From Camelus dromedarius (Eukaryota), in the NCBI RefSeq assembly GCF_036321535.1, contig NC_087437.1:13270001-13334000 (forward strand): a stretch of DNA of 64,000 bases, read 5' to 3'. Under the pieces are notes generated by a model. The model worked only from the letters and a program-made list of their open reading frames with translations. It made no database searches and was not told where the DNA came from. Position 1 is the first letter of the stretch. Each line of letters starts with the position of its first letter. The translations under genes were made by a program, and so were the position numbers. Of the stretch, positions 26,085-38,392 are shown piece by piece.

Positions 26085-27285
26085 TAAAAAACTTAATTGA
26101 GGTACAATTTTTATGTAAGCTAAGTGCATAAATCTATATGTATAGCTCAGTAACTTTTTACACATATATACACCCATATGACCACCACCCAGATCAAGAT
26201 ATATCCAGAAGGAACCCTACTTCAAAATGACACCTGCACCTCAATGTCCATAGCAGCACTATTTACAATAGCCAAGACATGGAAACAGCCTAAATGTCCA
26301 TCGACAGATGACTGGATAAAGAAGATGTGGTATCTTTATACAATGGAATACTATTCAGCCATAAAAACTGACAACATAGCGCCATTTGCAGCAACATGGA
26401 TGTTCCTGGAGAATGTCATTCTAACAGAAGTAAGACAGAAAGAGAAAGAAAAATACCATATGAGATCACTCATATGCAGAATCCAAAAAAAACGAAACAT
26501 AAATACAAAACAGAAACAGACTCATAGACACAGAATACAAACTTGTGGTTGCCAAGGGGGCAGGGGGTGGGAAGGGACAGACTGGGATTTCAAAATGTAG
26601 AATAGATAAACAAGATTATACTGTAAAGCACAGGGAAATATATACAAGATCTTATGGTAGCTCACAGCAGAAAAAAATGTGACAATGAATATATGTATGT
26701 TCATTTATAACTGGAAAATTGTGCTCTACACGGGAATTTGACACAACATTGTAAAATGACTATAACTCAATAAAAAAAAAGTTTAAAAAAAAAGATATTT
26801 CTAGCACCCCAGAGGATCCCCTGTCCACCCTTCTAAGGAAACGACTCCATCCCTAAGCCAACAATTATTCTGACTTCTATTACTGTTGATTACTTTTTCC
26901 CTTTTTTGAATGGATGGAAATGGAATCAAATAGCTATGATGTTTTCATGACTGGTTTCTTTCACTCAGAATTATGTCTATGAGATTCATCTACGTTGTTG
27001 CATTTGACACTGGTTTGTTCCTTTCCAATGTGTAGTATTCTGTTGTATGAATATATCACTCTTCTTCTGATGGGCTTTATGGTTGTTTCCAGTTCTTAAC
27101 TCTTACTAATGACACTGCCATGACCGTTCTTGTGCTGGTCTTTTGGTGAATATGTTAGCATTTGTTTCCATTGGGTATAAACCCAGGAGTGGAATCGCTG
27201 AGTCAAAAGATAGATGTTTCTTTAGCTTTAATAAGCATGGCCAGACTTCCAAAATGATTGTTCCAATTTATATTCTCACTCGGGC
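26085..27285 (-). mobile_element. Old L1ME 3' region, split by a young L1
   Basis: ttaattgaggtacaatt...accaccacccagatcaagatat [insertion] ...cacaattattctgacttctat...acccaggagtggaatcgctgagtca. Confidence 0.75.
26203..26791 (+). mobile_element. Young 5'-truncated camelid L1 3' end
   Basis: ORF 26178..26600 (YPEGTLLQ...[19 protein letters not shown]), polyA tail, short TSD aagatat at 26196-26202 and 26792-26798. Confidence 0.95.
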
Positions 27286-28122
27286 TTTTTAAATGAAGGA
27301 ATGTCCACTGAACGCTTTCAAGATGGGCCTTTCTCAATCGCAGCTGCCTAAGGATGGGTTATTTAAAGTCACTTAGGCAGAACATAAGCCCTCTAGAGAG
27401 GAAAGTTTTTTTCTTGCTTTGTTTATTTATTTGATGTATTTTATGGGGGGGGGGAATAGTAAGAGGAATAGATTTAATCATTCTTTGAAAAATAAGACCC
27501 AGGACAGTATATATAGAGAGAATTTATTTATTTTATGTAGTGTAAATATTAGACACAGACAATAGAAAATGTATTCTCTCCATGAGGCTGAGGGAGCAGT
27601 GAAGGATGGTGGTGGAATGAATGACACAGGCAGGTCTGAGCGGGGGAGGGCAGGATCCAGAAGCTGGGAGAAGAGGAAGACCATATCAGCGCTGGGCTTG
27701 CAGTGGGTCGTGGGTGCAAGGGTTTCCCACTGGCTGCATCTCTGCCCCATTAACCAACTTGGTCCTGGGAGAGGTGAGACAAGGAAGAGGGTGGCTGGAT
27801 TCTGCAGAAGGAGCTCCCCTAACCCTTGCTGGGAGGAATCACCACTTAGGGAGGCCTTTTTTAGCACACAGCAATTTCAAGGATAGGTGCGGGGTAAGCA
27901 CAGTGTACATTTTTATAAAATTTGCATAAGAATGGGAGGTTTCACATGGGCCTCTCACAGAATGATGAAGGAGAGGCAGATACAGGGCCTGAGCATCTGG
28001 GAAAGGGAGGTATGGCGAGGTGGACCACAAGCAATCTGCACAGAAGAAACATTGGCTTTCTTCATTCCCAGCAATGAGACAATTTGTAGGGATTCTGGAT
28101 CTTCACTCCCTGGAAGTTTGTA

Positions 28123-28244
28123 GGGTGGGGGGAGGGCAGTGACGTCAGCACATGTGTGTCAAAGGACGGTGCTCAACAGTGCGAATTCCCTTCCAGATGA
28201 CTCGAGGGAGAGAGAAAGAGCTGTGAGGACTGCACCAGGTAAGG
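28123..28244 (+). promoter_or_regulatory. Candidate promoter/first exon: G-rich box, full CRE, downstream splice donor
   Basis: GGGTGGGGGGAGGG at 28123-28136, palindromic TGACGTCA at 28140-28147 with its CpG intact, and CAG|GTAAGG at 28238/28239. Confidence 0.35.
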
Positions 28245-28719
28245 TGCTCAGCTTTTCTTAGAGAGACAAACCCACAGGGTCAGTACACAGCCCAAAGCAT
28301 ACACTCAGTGAGGATTAACATATCACTCTATCTTCCAGACGTTTAAGATAAAGCGATCAACAGTCACTCTCGACCCTCTTCCCTACAACCGCCCCATCCA
28401 CCAGTCTGTAGCTAAGTCCGATTCCTAAGGACAGTCTGCCTGGGAGAGATGCTGAGAGGAGCTGCAGGCAACAGCGACAGCCCCTGCTTTGTTTTTAAGT
28501 TCAACCATGTATATGCCCATCAAGGAAGATGGCTTATGCAGAAAGTAACTTAACTGCTTCAGAACGAAAAAACCACGTTATTATAGGGGGCCATTCCTTG
28601 GGTATAGAGTTTTCCCTACATTGAGCAATATATGGGTCCATCTCACCTCTCAGGCTTCCCTATCCCCCACATAACACATTTCTTCTTAAATCCTCCTTTT
28701 TTCCATATTGAAAAGTATA

Positions 28720-28840
28720 TATGGAAAATAGAGTAGGCTATGCATGTGTTGAAATAGGGAGTACGTGGGACATCTCTGTACCTATCCCTCAATTTTGCTG
28801 TGAACCTGAAACTGCTCTAAAAATACGGTCTTAAAAAAAG
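28720..28840 (+). mobile_element. L1MB/MC-type 3' terminus
   Basis: atctctgtacct...tcaattttgctgtgaacctgaaactgctctaaaaata. Confidence 0.7.
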
Positions 28841-29200
28841 CATATATGCTCTGTGCAGAAAATCCAGAAAACATAGGAAAACATTTGGAAGAAGATAAAG
28901 ACCCATAACTTGACTATGAATATTCTGTTCCTGAACTTATTTTTACATGAAAGAATTTTAGCTGTATGGAAATTGTTTCTTTACAAAGGTTTTGTAACTT
29001 GTGTTTTTGCTTTTGTTTGCTCCTTTAAAAAAAAAACCTATTCATAGACATCTTTCCATTTCAATAACTATAGATGTGCATCATTATGTTTCATGGCAGC
29101 AGATAATTTCATTGAATATAAATCTGTAACTGATTTAGCTTCTCCTTCATTGGTGGATATTTATATCAAAGCTTTGTTTCTCTTTTTAAAACAATGATAG

Positions 29201-30680
29201 GATCACCAAAGACCAAAGATCCCTTGTAGCCGAAGAAATATTGAGAAAGAACAAAGCAGGAGGCATCGCAGTTCCCAATTTCAAGCTGTAATGTAAAGTT
29301 ATAGTCATCAAAACGGCATGGTACTGGCATAAAAACAGACAAATAGACCAATGGAACAGAATCGAGAGCCCAGAAATAAACTCAGGCACATATGGTTAGC
29401 ACAAGCAACAACAACAACAACAACAAAAAAAAAAAAAAAAATGGGATGACATCAAACTAAAAAGCTTCTGCAAAGCAAAAGAAACCATCAACAAAGTGGA
29501 AAGACAACTGACAGAATGGGAAAAAATGCAAACCATAAATCTGATAAGGGGTTACTATTCAGAATTTGTAAAGAGTTCTTACAACTCAATAGCCAAAAAC
29601 CAAACAATTCAATTTTTAAAAAATGGGCAAAGGACCTGAATAGATATTTTTTCAAGGACTATATATGAGTAGCCAATAGACACATGAAAAGATGCTCAGC
29701 ATTACTAGTCCTTAGGGAAATGCAAATTAAAACCAATGGAAATGACGTATCACCTCACACGTGTTAGAATGGCTATCATCAAAAAGACAAGAGGTAACAA
29801 ATGCTGGAGTGGATGTGGAGAAAAGGGAAGCCTCGTGTACTGTTATGTAATTATAAACTGATGAAGCCACTATGGAAAACAGGATGGAAGTTCCTCTAAA
29901 AAATTAAAAATAGATCTACTATACGATCCAGCAATTCCACTTCTGGGAATATATTCAAAGGAAATGAAATCACTATCTTGAGATATCTGCACCATAATGT
30001 TCATGGCACTATTATTTACAACAGTCAGGATATGAAAATAACCTAAGTGTCCATCCATATATGAATGGATAAAGAAGATGAATTCTTATTCAGCCATAAA
30101 ACAATAAGAAAATACTATTATTTGTGAAAAAATAAAATATTACATATTTTAATAAAATATTTAAATAAAAGTATAAAATATTAAATATTTAAAATATTTA
30201 ATATGGAAAATATTAAAATCGTTACACTAAGTAAAGTAAGTCAGAGAAAAAAATACACTATGGTCTCACTTACATGTGGCATCTAAAACGAACAAGACCC
30301 CCCACCAAACACAGAGAAAAGAAGATCAAATTTGTGTTTCCCTGAGGTGGAGGTTGAGAGGAGGGGGAATTGGACGAAGGTGGTCAAAAGGTACAAGCTT
30401 CCAGTTATAAGATAAATAAGTGCTAACGATGTAATGTACAGCATGATGCCTGTAGTTTATACAGCCATATGCTAGATAGGAAAGTCGTTAGAATAGATCC
30501 TGAGAGTTCACTTCACGTTATTTTTTCCTTTTCTTTTTATCATACCTATACGTAACAATGGATGTTAACTAAACCTATTGTAGCAATCATTTTATAATAT
30601 ATGTAAATCAAACCATCATGCTGTACACCTTAGATTTATGTCGTGATGTATGTCAATTATTTTTCAATAAAACTAAAAAA
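29201..30680 (+). mobile_element. Middle-aged L1 (ORF2 3' part + 3'UTR) inserted in an old L1ME
   Basis: gcatggtactggcataaaaacagacaaatagaccaatggaacagaatcgagagcccagaaataaac through to tcaataaaactaaaaaaa. Has an internal deletion at about 29399 and an AT-rich expansion at 30130-30220. Confidence 0.9.
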
Positions 30681-33600
30681 AATAATGTAGTAAACATCTT
30701 TTTGTATACATCTTGTGCACGTGTCCAATTATATTCCTTAGGATAAACTTTCAAAGTTTAATTTCTAGGTTAAAAGTGATGTGTACAGTCAATTTTAAAG
30801 TATATTTTAAAAAATACCTCCCCAAAAGCTGCGCCAATATACATTCTTGGGGGTGCATAATTCCCAAACTCCCAGTCAGTTGCAGTTTCTTTTTAATCAC
30901 GAATTTATTGACATTCAATAGTACTCATTTTCATTAATAATTATTTAATTATAAATAAGACTACATTTTTTCAATAATTTGTAGGTTATTTGCAGTTATC
31001 ACTTGAAAAATTACCTTTTTTGCCACATTAGCCCAATTTCTTATGCTATGAAAAAATTATGTAGAAAATCTATTAAAATGTGTTCACCACATTAAAAAAA
31101 AATCTACCTTTTTATTTTTAGCAAATTAGTATTCCATAATTCAAATCTTAATCTATATTCCTTAGTGGAATGTTGTATTTTTATATTCATAGGTTTTCTT
31201 CACAGTCCTCGTTAAATTGATTTCTGATATATTTTGCACAATCATTGTTAATTTGAATTGAATTATTTTAATTATATTACTTTATTATAGTCTATACTAG
31301 TTATTTATTAAAATAATTAATTAAGTTTTAGTTGGTGTTAGTTAATTAGTTGAGTTGATTATTGAAATATATTAATCTCTTGTTATTAATATATTTCTGT
31401 GGTCAATACTTTCTTTGCCTAATACTTATTTTTAATTTGTAAACATTTTTTATTGATTCTCTTGGTTTTCCCAGTAAGATAATTAAATTCATATGCAGAT
31501 AATAATTTCTTCATATTCAATATTTATAGTTTTCATTTTGTTCTGCTGTCTGATCACAATGGAAGTGCTCTAGAATATCGTTAGATGAAAAAATGAAAAA
31601 AAACTCACATTCTAATTTAATTTAATTCATTTTACTACTAATCTTAATGCTGACATTAGATTTAAGATACAATGTTTTTCTAAAAAATCATATTAAGAGA
31701 ATATTCTATTTTTCCCTATTTTTAAGTGTATTTGCCAGGCATAGATAATAATTTTTATCAAAAATATTAACATGTTGAAGTGATCATATAAGTTTTTAAG
31801 CAATAGTAAGTTGATTTGTATAAATAAAGCTTCTAATACTGAACTAGTCTTTCATTCAAAGTATAAACTCTACTTTGTCATGGAACATTTTTCTTTTCTT
31901 ATACCCTGGGATTGGCTTGCTCATATTGGATCAAAAATTTTAGACTTTATAAGTAAAATGGTTAAGTCCACAGTTTTCTTGCTTAGTAATCCTATTAGGT
32001 TTTCTATCAGAGTTATGCTCGCTTAGTGAAATAAATATGATAGTATTCATTTTTTTCTTTTTCTGTGAAACATTTTCAAGAGCAAATGCCATTTCTAGTT
32101 TTTTCCAACAATACCTACATTACATATTACTCTATGCCAGGCGCCGTGCTGGGTATTAACAGTACAAATGTAAGTAATAAAGACAGTGTGCCTCTCTGAG
32201 AACTTACAGTGGAATCTGTCCCCTTTGAAGTTTGAAAGAATTAGCCTGGCTGCATTTTGGAGAAGTGAAGGAAGAGTGAATGCAGTTTTGACAAGCCTTT
32301 CTAATTTCTTTCATTATAATGGATATAGTTCAGCTTTCTGCTTTTGTCATTCACATTTTCTTGAGAGGAAAACTATTTCTCTCAAGGAGAGTTTGACGTT
32401 GTCTTTTAATAGATGAATATTCTCCATGTGTGGTTATATTCCAGTTTCAAATTTGTGTGTTTCTTTTCAGCTTTTTTCTTTTCTTCTCTTTGATGTAATT
32501 GTAGTAGATATATATATTTTTAACTCTAAGGTGAAGAATAAATCACCCTCCTATCACCACATGGTCTATTTTTGTCACCTTATTGGTAATATGAGAATAT
32601 TTGCCAACTTCAGGAGAAACTCATGAATACATTGAAGATGATGTTTTTTAAAGATCACTGTGCTGTGTGACCTTGAGCAAAGAATGAAACTGCCTGGGAT
32701 TCTGTTCCCTAATCTACTACTTGAGAAGAATTTGAATTTCTCAAAACCAGGAGCCATGTCTTCTGAATCTGCTCCAGGATTTAGAACAGTGATTCTTATG
32801 CGGCAGGCCTTCAATAATAATTTGTTGAATTGAGCTTTTGCTGGAGGGCAGAGAGCTTGATTAGATAATTTCTTGAGGTCCCAGATAGAGTTCTTCTTTC
32901 TGTGAAACCGTTCAGCAACCTTATTACTCATTCTTTTTTCATCATTTACCGGCCACATTGGTGGGAAAATTTTGAATTATTTTATTCTGAACCTAATAAA
33001 GTTGATTCTTTAGCTATTGTATAAGGGGAAAATGAAATAGTTTAACCAGATGCTTAAAAAAAAAAGTCCTTTCACACTTGTACTTAAATCACTTAATTTT
33101 CTGGTGCCAAGATTTTTTTATTTGTAGGTTTTTCTGAAGCTCAACCTATAGGGTGTGTCAAGGGAGTAATTCACATTGTTTCGAAAAAGAGATAAAGGAA
33201 AAAGAGATCTCACACTTCAATATATCCACAATTTCCTATTAAGCATTAATTTGAGAGTTGGACTTAATAAGTTACAAAAGTTAGGTATTTTTCTTACTAT
33301 TCTCTCTTACTAGCACATTGATCCATGGCTACCATTGCATTTTTGTTTTTTTTCCCTCATGGAACATTTTCTTCCACATTGAAGGTTATACTTCTGAGAG
33401 CAATGCCTAATGGCTTTATTTTCAGATTTCCATCTATTGTAGCTATCAGTGGTAAATGCTTTCTCTCATAATCACCTACAGTAAATAACTGTGTATCATC
33501 AGCCCTACAGTTGGGACAAGATGTGTCACATCAGATTCTCGCTTCACTCACTGAAAATTCCATGGGGACACAATCATATTGAAAAACTAAGTGCTGTTAT

Positions 33601-33814
33601 AATCCTGTAAAGAGTATTGGTCATATTAGACAATGTTCTTTAAGTATTTAGACTTAGAAGATCGTGTTATACAAGCAAGTTAGAAAAACAAGATCAGCCA
33701 GTTGAACTCATTGGATAATCATGTTAAATTTTTTTAACTATTATTTTGATTAATTATGTTAACAGAGGCTATAGTATTGAAAGGACTCCTACTTTGGACC
33801 CAAGCCCACTCTAC

Positions 33815-33898
33815 CTTTTCAGATAGAGTGATGGATGAGCAACCTAATACTATTTTTGTCTGGATGTCTTCCTCTCCAAAACTAAGCCAGTTTTCCCG
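33815..33898 (-). other. Candidate exon (84 nt), RENWLSFGEEDIQTKIVLGCSSITLSEK
   Basis: Acceptor tgtttactttacttcAG| and donor AAG|GTAGAG; phase 0/0 frame is open. Confidence 0.3.
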
Positions 33899-34289
33899 CT
33901 GAAGTAAAGTAAACACATATGGTCATTTTTATGTCTTCTTTGAAATAACACACAAAAAAAGACATCTGATAGAACTTTTTCTAGAATCCCCTCCTGCAAA
34001 AAAAAAAAAAATAAGAAAAGCATACACTGGCTCAGCTCCAGGCAATAGTGATTGCAATATTTTGGGGGGCAGGGGAGCTAGGACTTAAAGTAAAGGATTC
34101 ATCTAAGACATCAATGCTGAATTTACTTCTCATGGGATAGATTTACAAAAGCGTTATGGCAAAACTCCATTTCAGTTTTTATATCCCACACTGTAAAGAA
34201 GTACGTAATAACCTGAAGTTTCTTCTAATCTTGGGTATTTGGTGATCCATGAATCTGTTTCCAAGAGCTCTCAATACTGATGTTCTTAC

Positions 34290-34327
34290 CTGGAGCAATT
34301 GTTGGGAAAAGAAAGATAAAGTATGAC
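34290..34327 (-). other. Candidate exon (38 nt)
   Basis: Acceptor gtttttgtcattcAG|GT and consensus donor CAG|GTAAGA. Confidence 0.4.
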
Positions 34328-34563
34328 CTGAATGACAAAAACGATTTGAGGAAAAGAGCAGCAGATTGTTGGTGCAGGAGATGTGTGTGTTCCCTGAGGG
34401 TTTGGTCTCTTGGCTTTTGTTCAGAATTGATGATGAGAAATATTCATGCATGGCAGTAAACTGAAAAGGCACGAATCAGAAGGGGCTGGTGGACTCTGCA
34501 TTCTTGATTTTCATTATGTAGAGAAGCATGAAAGGTATTTTTAAACTGAGTTCTTCCACTTAC

Positions 34564-34608
34564 CTTCTTTGAATGACGAATGCTCCTTGATAGACTTCAG
34601 TGATTTTA
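34564..34608 (-). other. Candidate exon (45 nt, or 87 nt from an acceptor at 34650)
   Basis: Consensus donor AAG|GTAAGT; acceptor is ambiguous (ggtattcAG or attctgcAG). Confidence 0.35.
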
Positions 34609-34990
34609 CTGAATACCAGGGTGAGCAGAATGTTTCATGTGGAATACTGTCTGCAGAATCCTTCTCCTGAAGCCCTGACACTTCCCCCTTCTCCTCCGAG
34701 TAACCCCATTATGATGGCACTTCAGCATGAAAGCGAATTTCCATTTCACTTCTTGCTAAATTGAAGCTATCTGATAAATGGCACACATGCCGCAAATGTC
34801 TACAACAGTGTATACAAACTCTGTGCTGTTCGACAGAAAGCAATTTTTAAGCTCTTACTTTTGCATTTTATATCCATGCTTATAGTCCACACTACCTTGG
34901 GAGGTGACCAGGGTATCATTAAATACATTCCAATATGGGCTTGAAGGTACATTTCAGATAGGAAGATACAAGTTTCTGGTCTAATTGCAA

Positions 34991-35039
34991 ATACATACAT
35001 AAATACATACATACATACATACATACATGCATACATACA
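34991..35039. repeat. Imperfect (ATAC)n microsatellite
   Basis: Read directly. Confidence 0.9.
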
Positions 35040-35090
35040 GACAACAATTGTGTATTCATTCATCGCATAATATCAAACTTCATTACGTAC

Positions 35091-35265
35091 TTTGGATTTA
35101 GAAATCAGTTTATCGGAAATTAACCTTGTGTACTTTTTAGAAATAGGATGGATTTGGAGCATCACACTGATGCCTTTCACGAACCAGTGATGGTGTGAAT
35201 GATGTGATTGATGACCCAGGTTATACTTTGATGTTGCTTGGCTTCTGTTCTTCAAAAACATAGTT
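35091..35265 (-). other. Candidate exon
   Basis: Acceptor tttttttgagttgctgatcttcAG| and donor AAA|GTACGT (or AAG|GTTAAT at 35125). One open frame (ORF 35073..35279). Confidence 0.25.
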
Positions 35266-35879
35266 CTGAAGATCAGCAACTCAAAAAAATGCTGGAAGGC
35301 AAATTAATTTCCACCTTGTGCTGTCAGCTTCTTTTCTTTCATTTTTGATATTTCATTGTCAAATTTAACCTTCCTTAGTATCTTAGGAAGGGAAGAATGC
35401 CTAGTTACTCTTGAGAAAAATTGTATTAAGTAAAAAGTTGGTGATGGAAGTTCATAAATGACAGTAAATTGTCAGTACTGATCGCAAGTCAGTAAATTTA
35501 TACTCATGTAACTTGGCTTAAAAATTTAGTGTGACTGTCATGTTCCCTTTTCTATTATTCTCTTTCTCAATTTGAAAGAAAGAGAAAAAGTGGGAAAAAA
35601 CTTTGTGACATCGAGGGGAACTGTACACGTGCACAGTGGTACACAATTATTTGTGAATCTGTGGGAACTCCATGCCAAACTAAGGAATATTTCTTCATGG
35701 GTGTTCCAGACACAAAATAAAGTGATTTCTTTTTTCTTGTGTGAATTCTCAGAACACTCCTGGATTGGCAAGAAATAGAAAAATCCACTGACTGTGATGG
35801 AGGGCACTAGGGAGGTGTCTATAAGTCTCAAAAACTTCTCACACAGTGTAGAAGGGATCTAATGGGGTGAGGTGGGAAG

Positions 35880-36075
35880 CAGGTAACACACGTGCCTGGT
35901 TCTAAGTCTGCCACTTTGGGGCCATCTCATCTTGACTAAGTTGTTTGGGCCTTTCTAAGTGTCCATCACCTCTTGTATAAAACTGGCAGGGATGTGCCTT
36001 GGAGGTAGAGTTGTTAAGATTAAAATTGATAAAACATAGATTGTGCCAGACTTAGTGAGTCCTCAATAAATATTA
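35880..36075 (+). mobile_element. MIR SINE
   Basis: cctggttctaagtctgccact...gttgttaagattaaa...cttagtgagtcctcaataaatatta. Confidence 0.65.
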
Positions 36076-37196
36076 TGTCTTCCCCATATTTTCCAATTAC
36101 TAATGTTAGAAAATTTAAAAAAAAAAAGAAAAAAATGTAACCAGCAGAATTAAAAAAAAAAAATGTCAGGCATCTGGAGCCTCCCAATAGCAAAAACTAC
36201 TGGAAGGGGCAAGGATTTAACCATTAGTGAAATTATTCTTTTTATGCTGCATGAGCGCTGATTAATTCAATGTCTGGTTTCATGGCAGGAGTGAAACAGA
36301 GATGGTTCCAGCAGCATATACTTGACCATTTATTGATAATCTTTCATCATTAAAAACATATATATTAATTTTACAAAAAGACACCAAAACAGAGAATTTT
36401 ATTTTTAATTAACTTCAGTTCCATGGTTCAAAGACCCTTTCTAGCACTCTTCCTTTAAGATACCATTGCTCTGACTTTTCTTCCTTTACATTTCCTTGGC
36501 AATTATTTTTCTCCTTTGGAAATGAGCTCCAAATCAAAATAAAAATTTCCCCTTTGGCAAACAAGACTCTGGCTAGAAGAGATTCTGTGCTGAATAATGG
36601 AGTGTCACACCAGTGCTCTCCTATCTGAGTTTGTGAGCCATCCAAGTACTTTTGTTTTCATGCTTATAAAAGATGCAAAACTATTGAAAATTTAAACTTC
36701 ATCATTAACGTAAGTGGTAGTCCTTCCAGTCATCCTGTATTATCAAATAATCAGACTGCAGTGCTCAGGAAAGCCAGCATTGTTATCATTAAAGGACCTG
36801 TGAATCTCTACACAGTGGCCTCCAGGTATGCACAGTTTTTAGACAGTTTACAAGGTGATGATGGTGATCCATTAAACATCAAGCCAAATTTTAGAAAAAA
36901 GATTTAAAATTGTTAATTCCATTAAGATTTGATTTTGAATTTGAATCATAAAGGTTTCTCTAGCCTAACTAGCATAAAAAATATATTCATTAAATGTGAG
37001 CCACTACATGGTGATATTTGAAGAAAATTATAACTGCAGATATAAATTACTTCCTGATCCTTCCCTATAGAACCAAAATAAAAGAGGAAACAATATTTAT
37101 TATAGCGTCAACACTTTTTGGTCCCTTTTTAAGAATAGTTGCACCTGGGTGTTTTTTTTGTTTGTTTTTTTTTTTTAATTATCCATTCTCAAAATG

Positions 37197-38333
37197 TGAA
37201 ACCAAGCAGAACCTTACAGGGCCCTCCCAAGTGCAAAGGTCCCTCCATGTCCCCTGCCTCTTGTTTGTAGAAAAGCTGAAGTCCCCCAGGCCTCCCTCGA
37301 GTCACAAAAGAGCAGGCTCAACACTTACTAATTAGGACGACAGAGTCACAGCATCTTTAAAGTCCCCCTAAAGCACATAGAAGACAGTGTCTGCTGCACG
37401 TTCCTGAGTCGTTAAGTGTCACCGGAGGGAAAAGTCTAACTGTACAATGACCAGACTGTAGACATGACATAAGTTGCTCCATCTTAAGAAATACTGAAGC
37501 TAGGGCTTGCCCGAATCCAAGAATTGGCCTCATGAGGATGGGATTCACACTATTGCTCATAGTAATGTCTACCTTTGTGGGCATCAATGTAATTGCAGCT
37601 TGTTCTCCCTGAATATGCAAGCAGGCCAACTGATGTTGCTGGTAAAGAAACGCTATAGACCCATGTTGACATCTTCCACTCAAAGACCTTGACACCCTTT
37701 CTCAGCCTGAAGCAGCTACAGAAGACAGCCCTCTGCTCCCGAGCCCATAGAAATGGACTGTCTGTACAGTGGGGATTTGCAAGCAACCCATAAAATCTAA
37801 CAGATAATAGACTTCAGCAAGATATATTTTAATTTAACATTTACGCCAGGTGCCCCCATGATCCACTGACCTCCAGCCGAAGCATATCTCTTTAATCTCT
37901 TGATCACACAATGCCTTGCTTAACCTGTTGATTCTTTTTCAGTTTATAGAAATGGAGATAAAGAATAAGTAATTAATGGAAGAACAGACCTTTTTCTCAG
38001 CTTCCCTTTCAGTCACCCCAGGAGAAAACTGTGTGAACGAGATAGTGCCTAGAGGAAGACCATGAGCAGTCAGCGAGTCTGCCCGCGGTGGGAAGTGACA
38101 CAGAATCTGACCCCCATGCTTCATGATTACCTGACATCATTCCCCTCTTTTTCCCTTCCAAAGCTGCCATGGCCAGCAGAATCTTCATAGCTGGTTCTTA
38201 GACACAAGTCTGCCTTCTCCCCCTGTTGTCAGGCTCCTGAATAAAGCAATCTTTCATTTCCTTTTCCAACTAACACTTGTCTCTCAAGTATTGGCTTTTG
38301 AGTGGTGAGCAGCCAAACTGAAGTTTGGTAACA
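37197..38333 (+). mobile_element. ERV1-class remnant: LTR-like 5' part, internal 3' end with PPT-like tract, and LTR 37778-38333
   Basis: Termini TGAAACC...GGTAACA with 4-bp flanks aatg/catg. AATAAA at about 38240 is followed by a typical ERV1 U5 end (ttggcttttgagtggtgagcagccaaactgaagtttggtaaca). Confidence 0.75.
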
Positions 38334-38392
38334 CATGGATCATAACATTTCTTGTTTCATCATATTTTTATTAATAATATTTGAGTTTTACA

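Noticed and set aside
35538..36645. Minus-strand ORFs with an acceptor-like site at 35759
   Set aside because: No convincing donor and no recognisable protein; not enough to call an exon.
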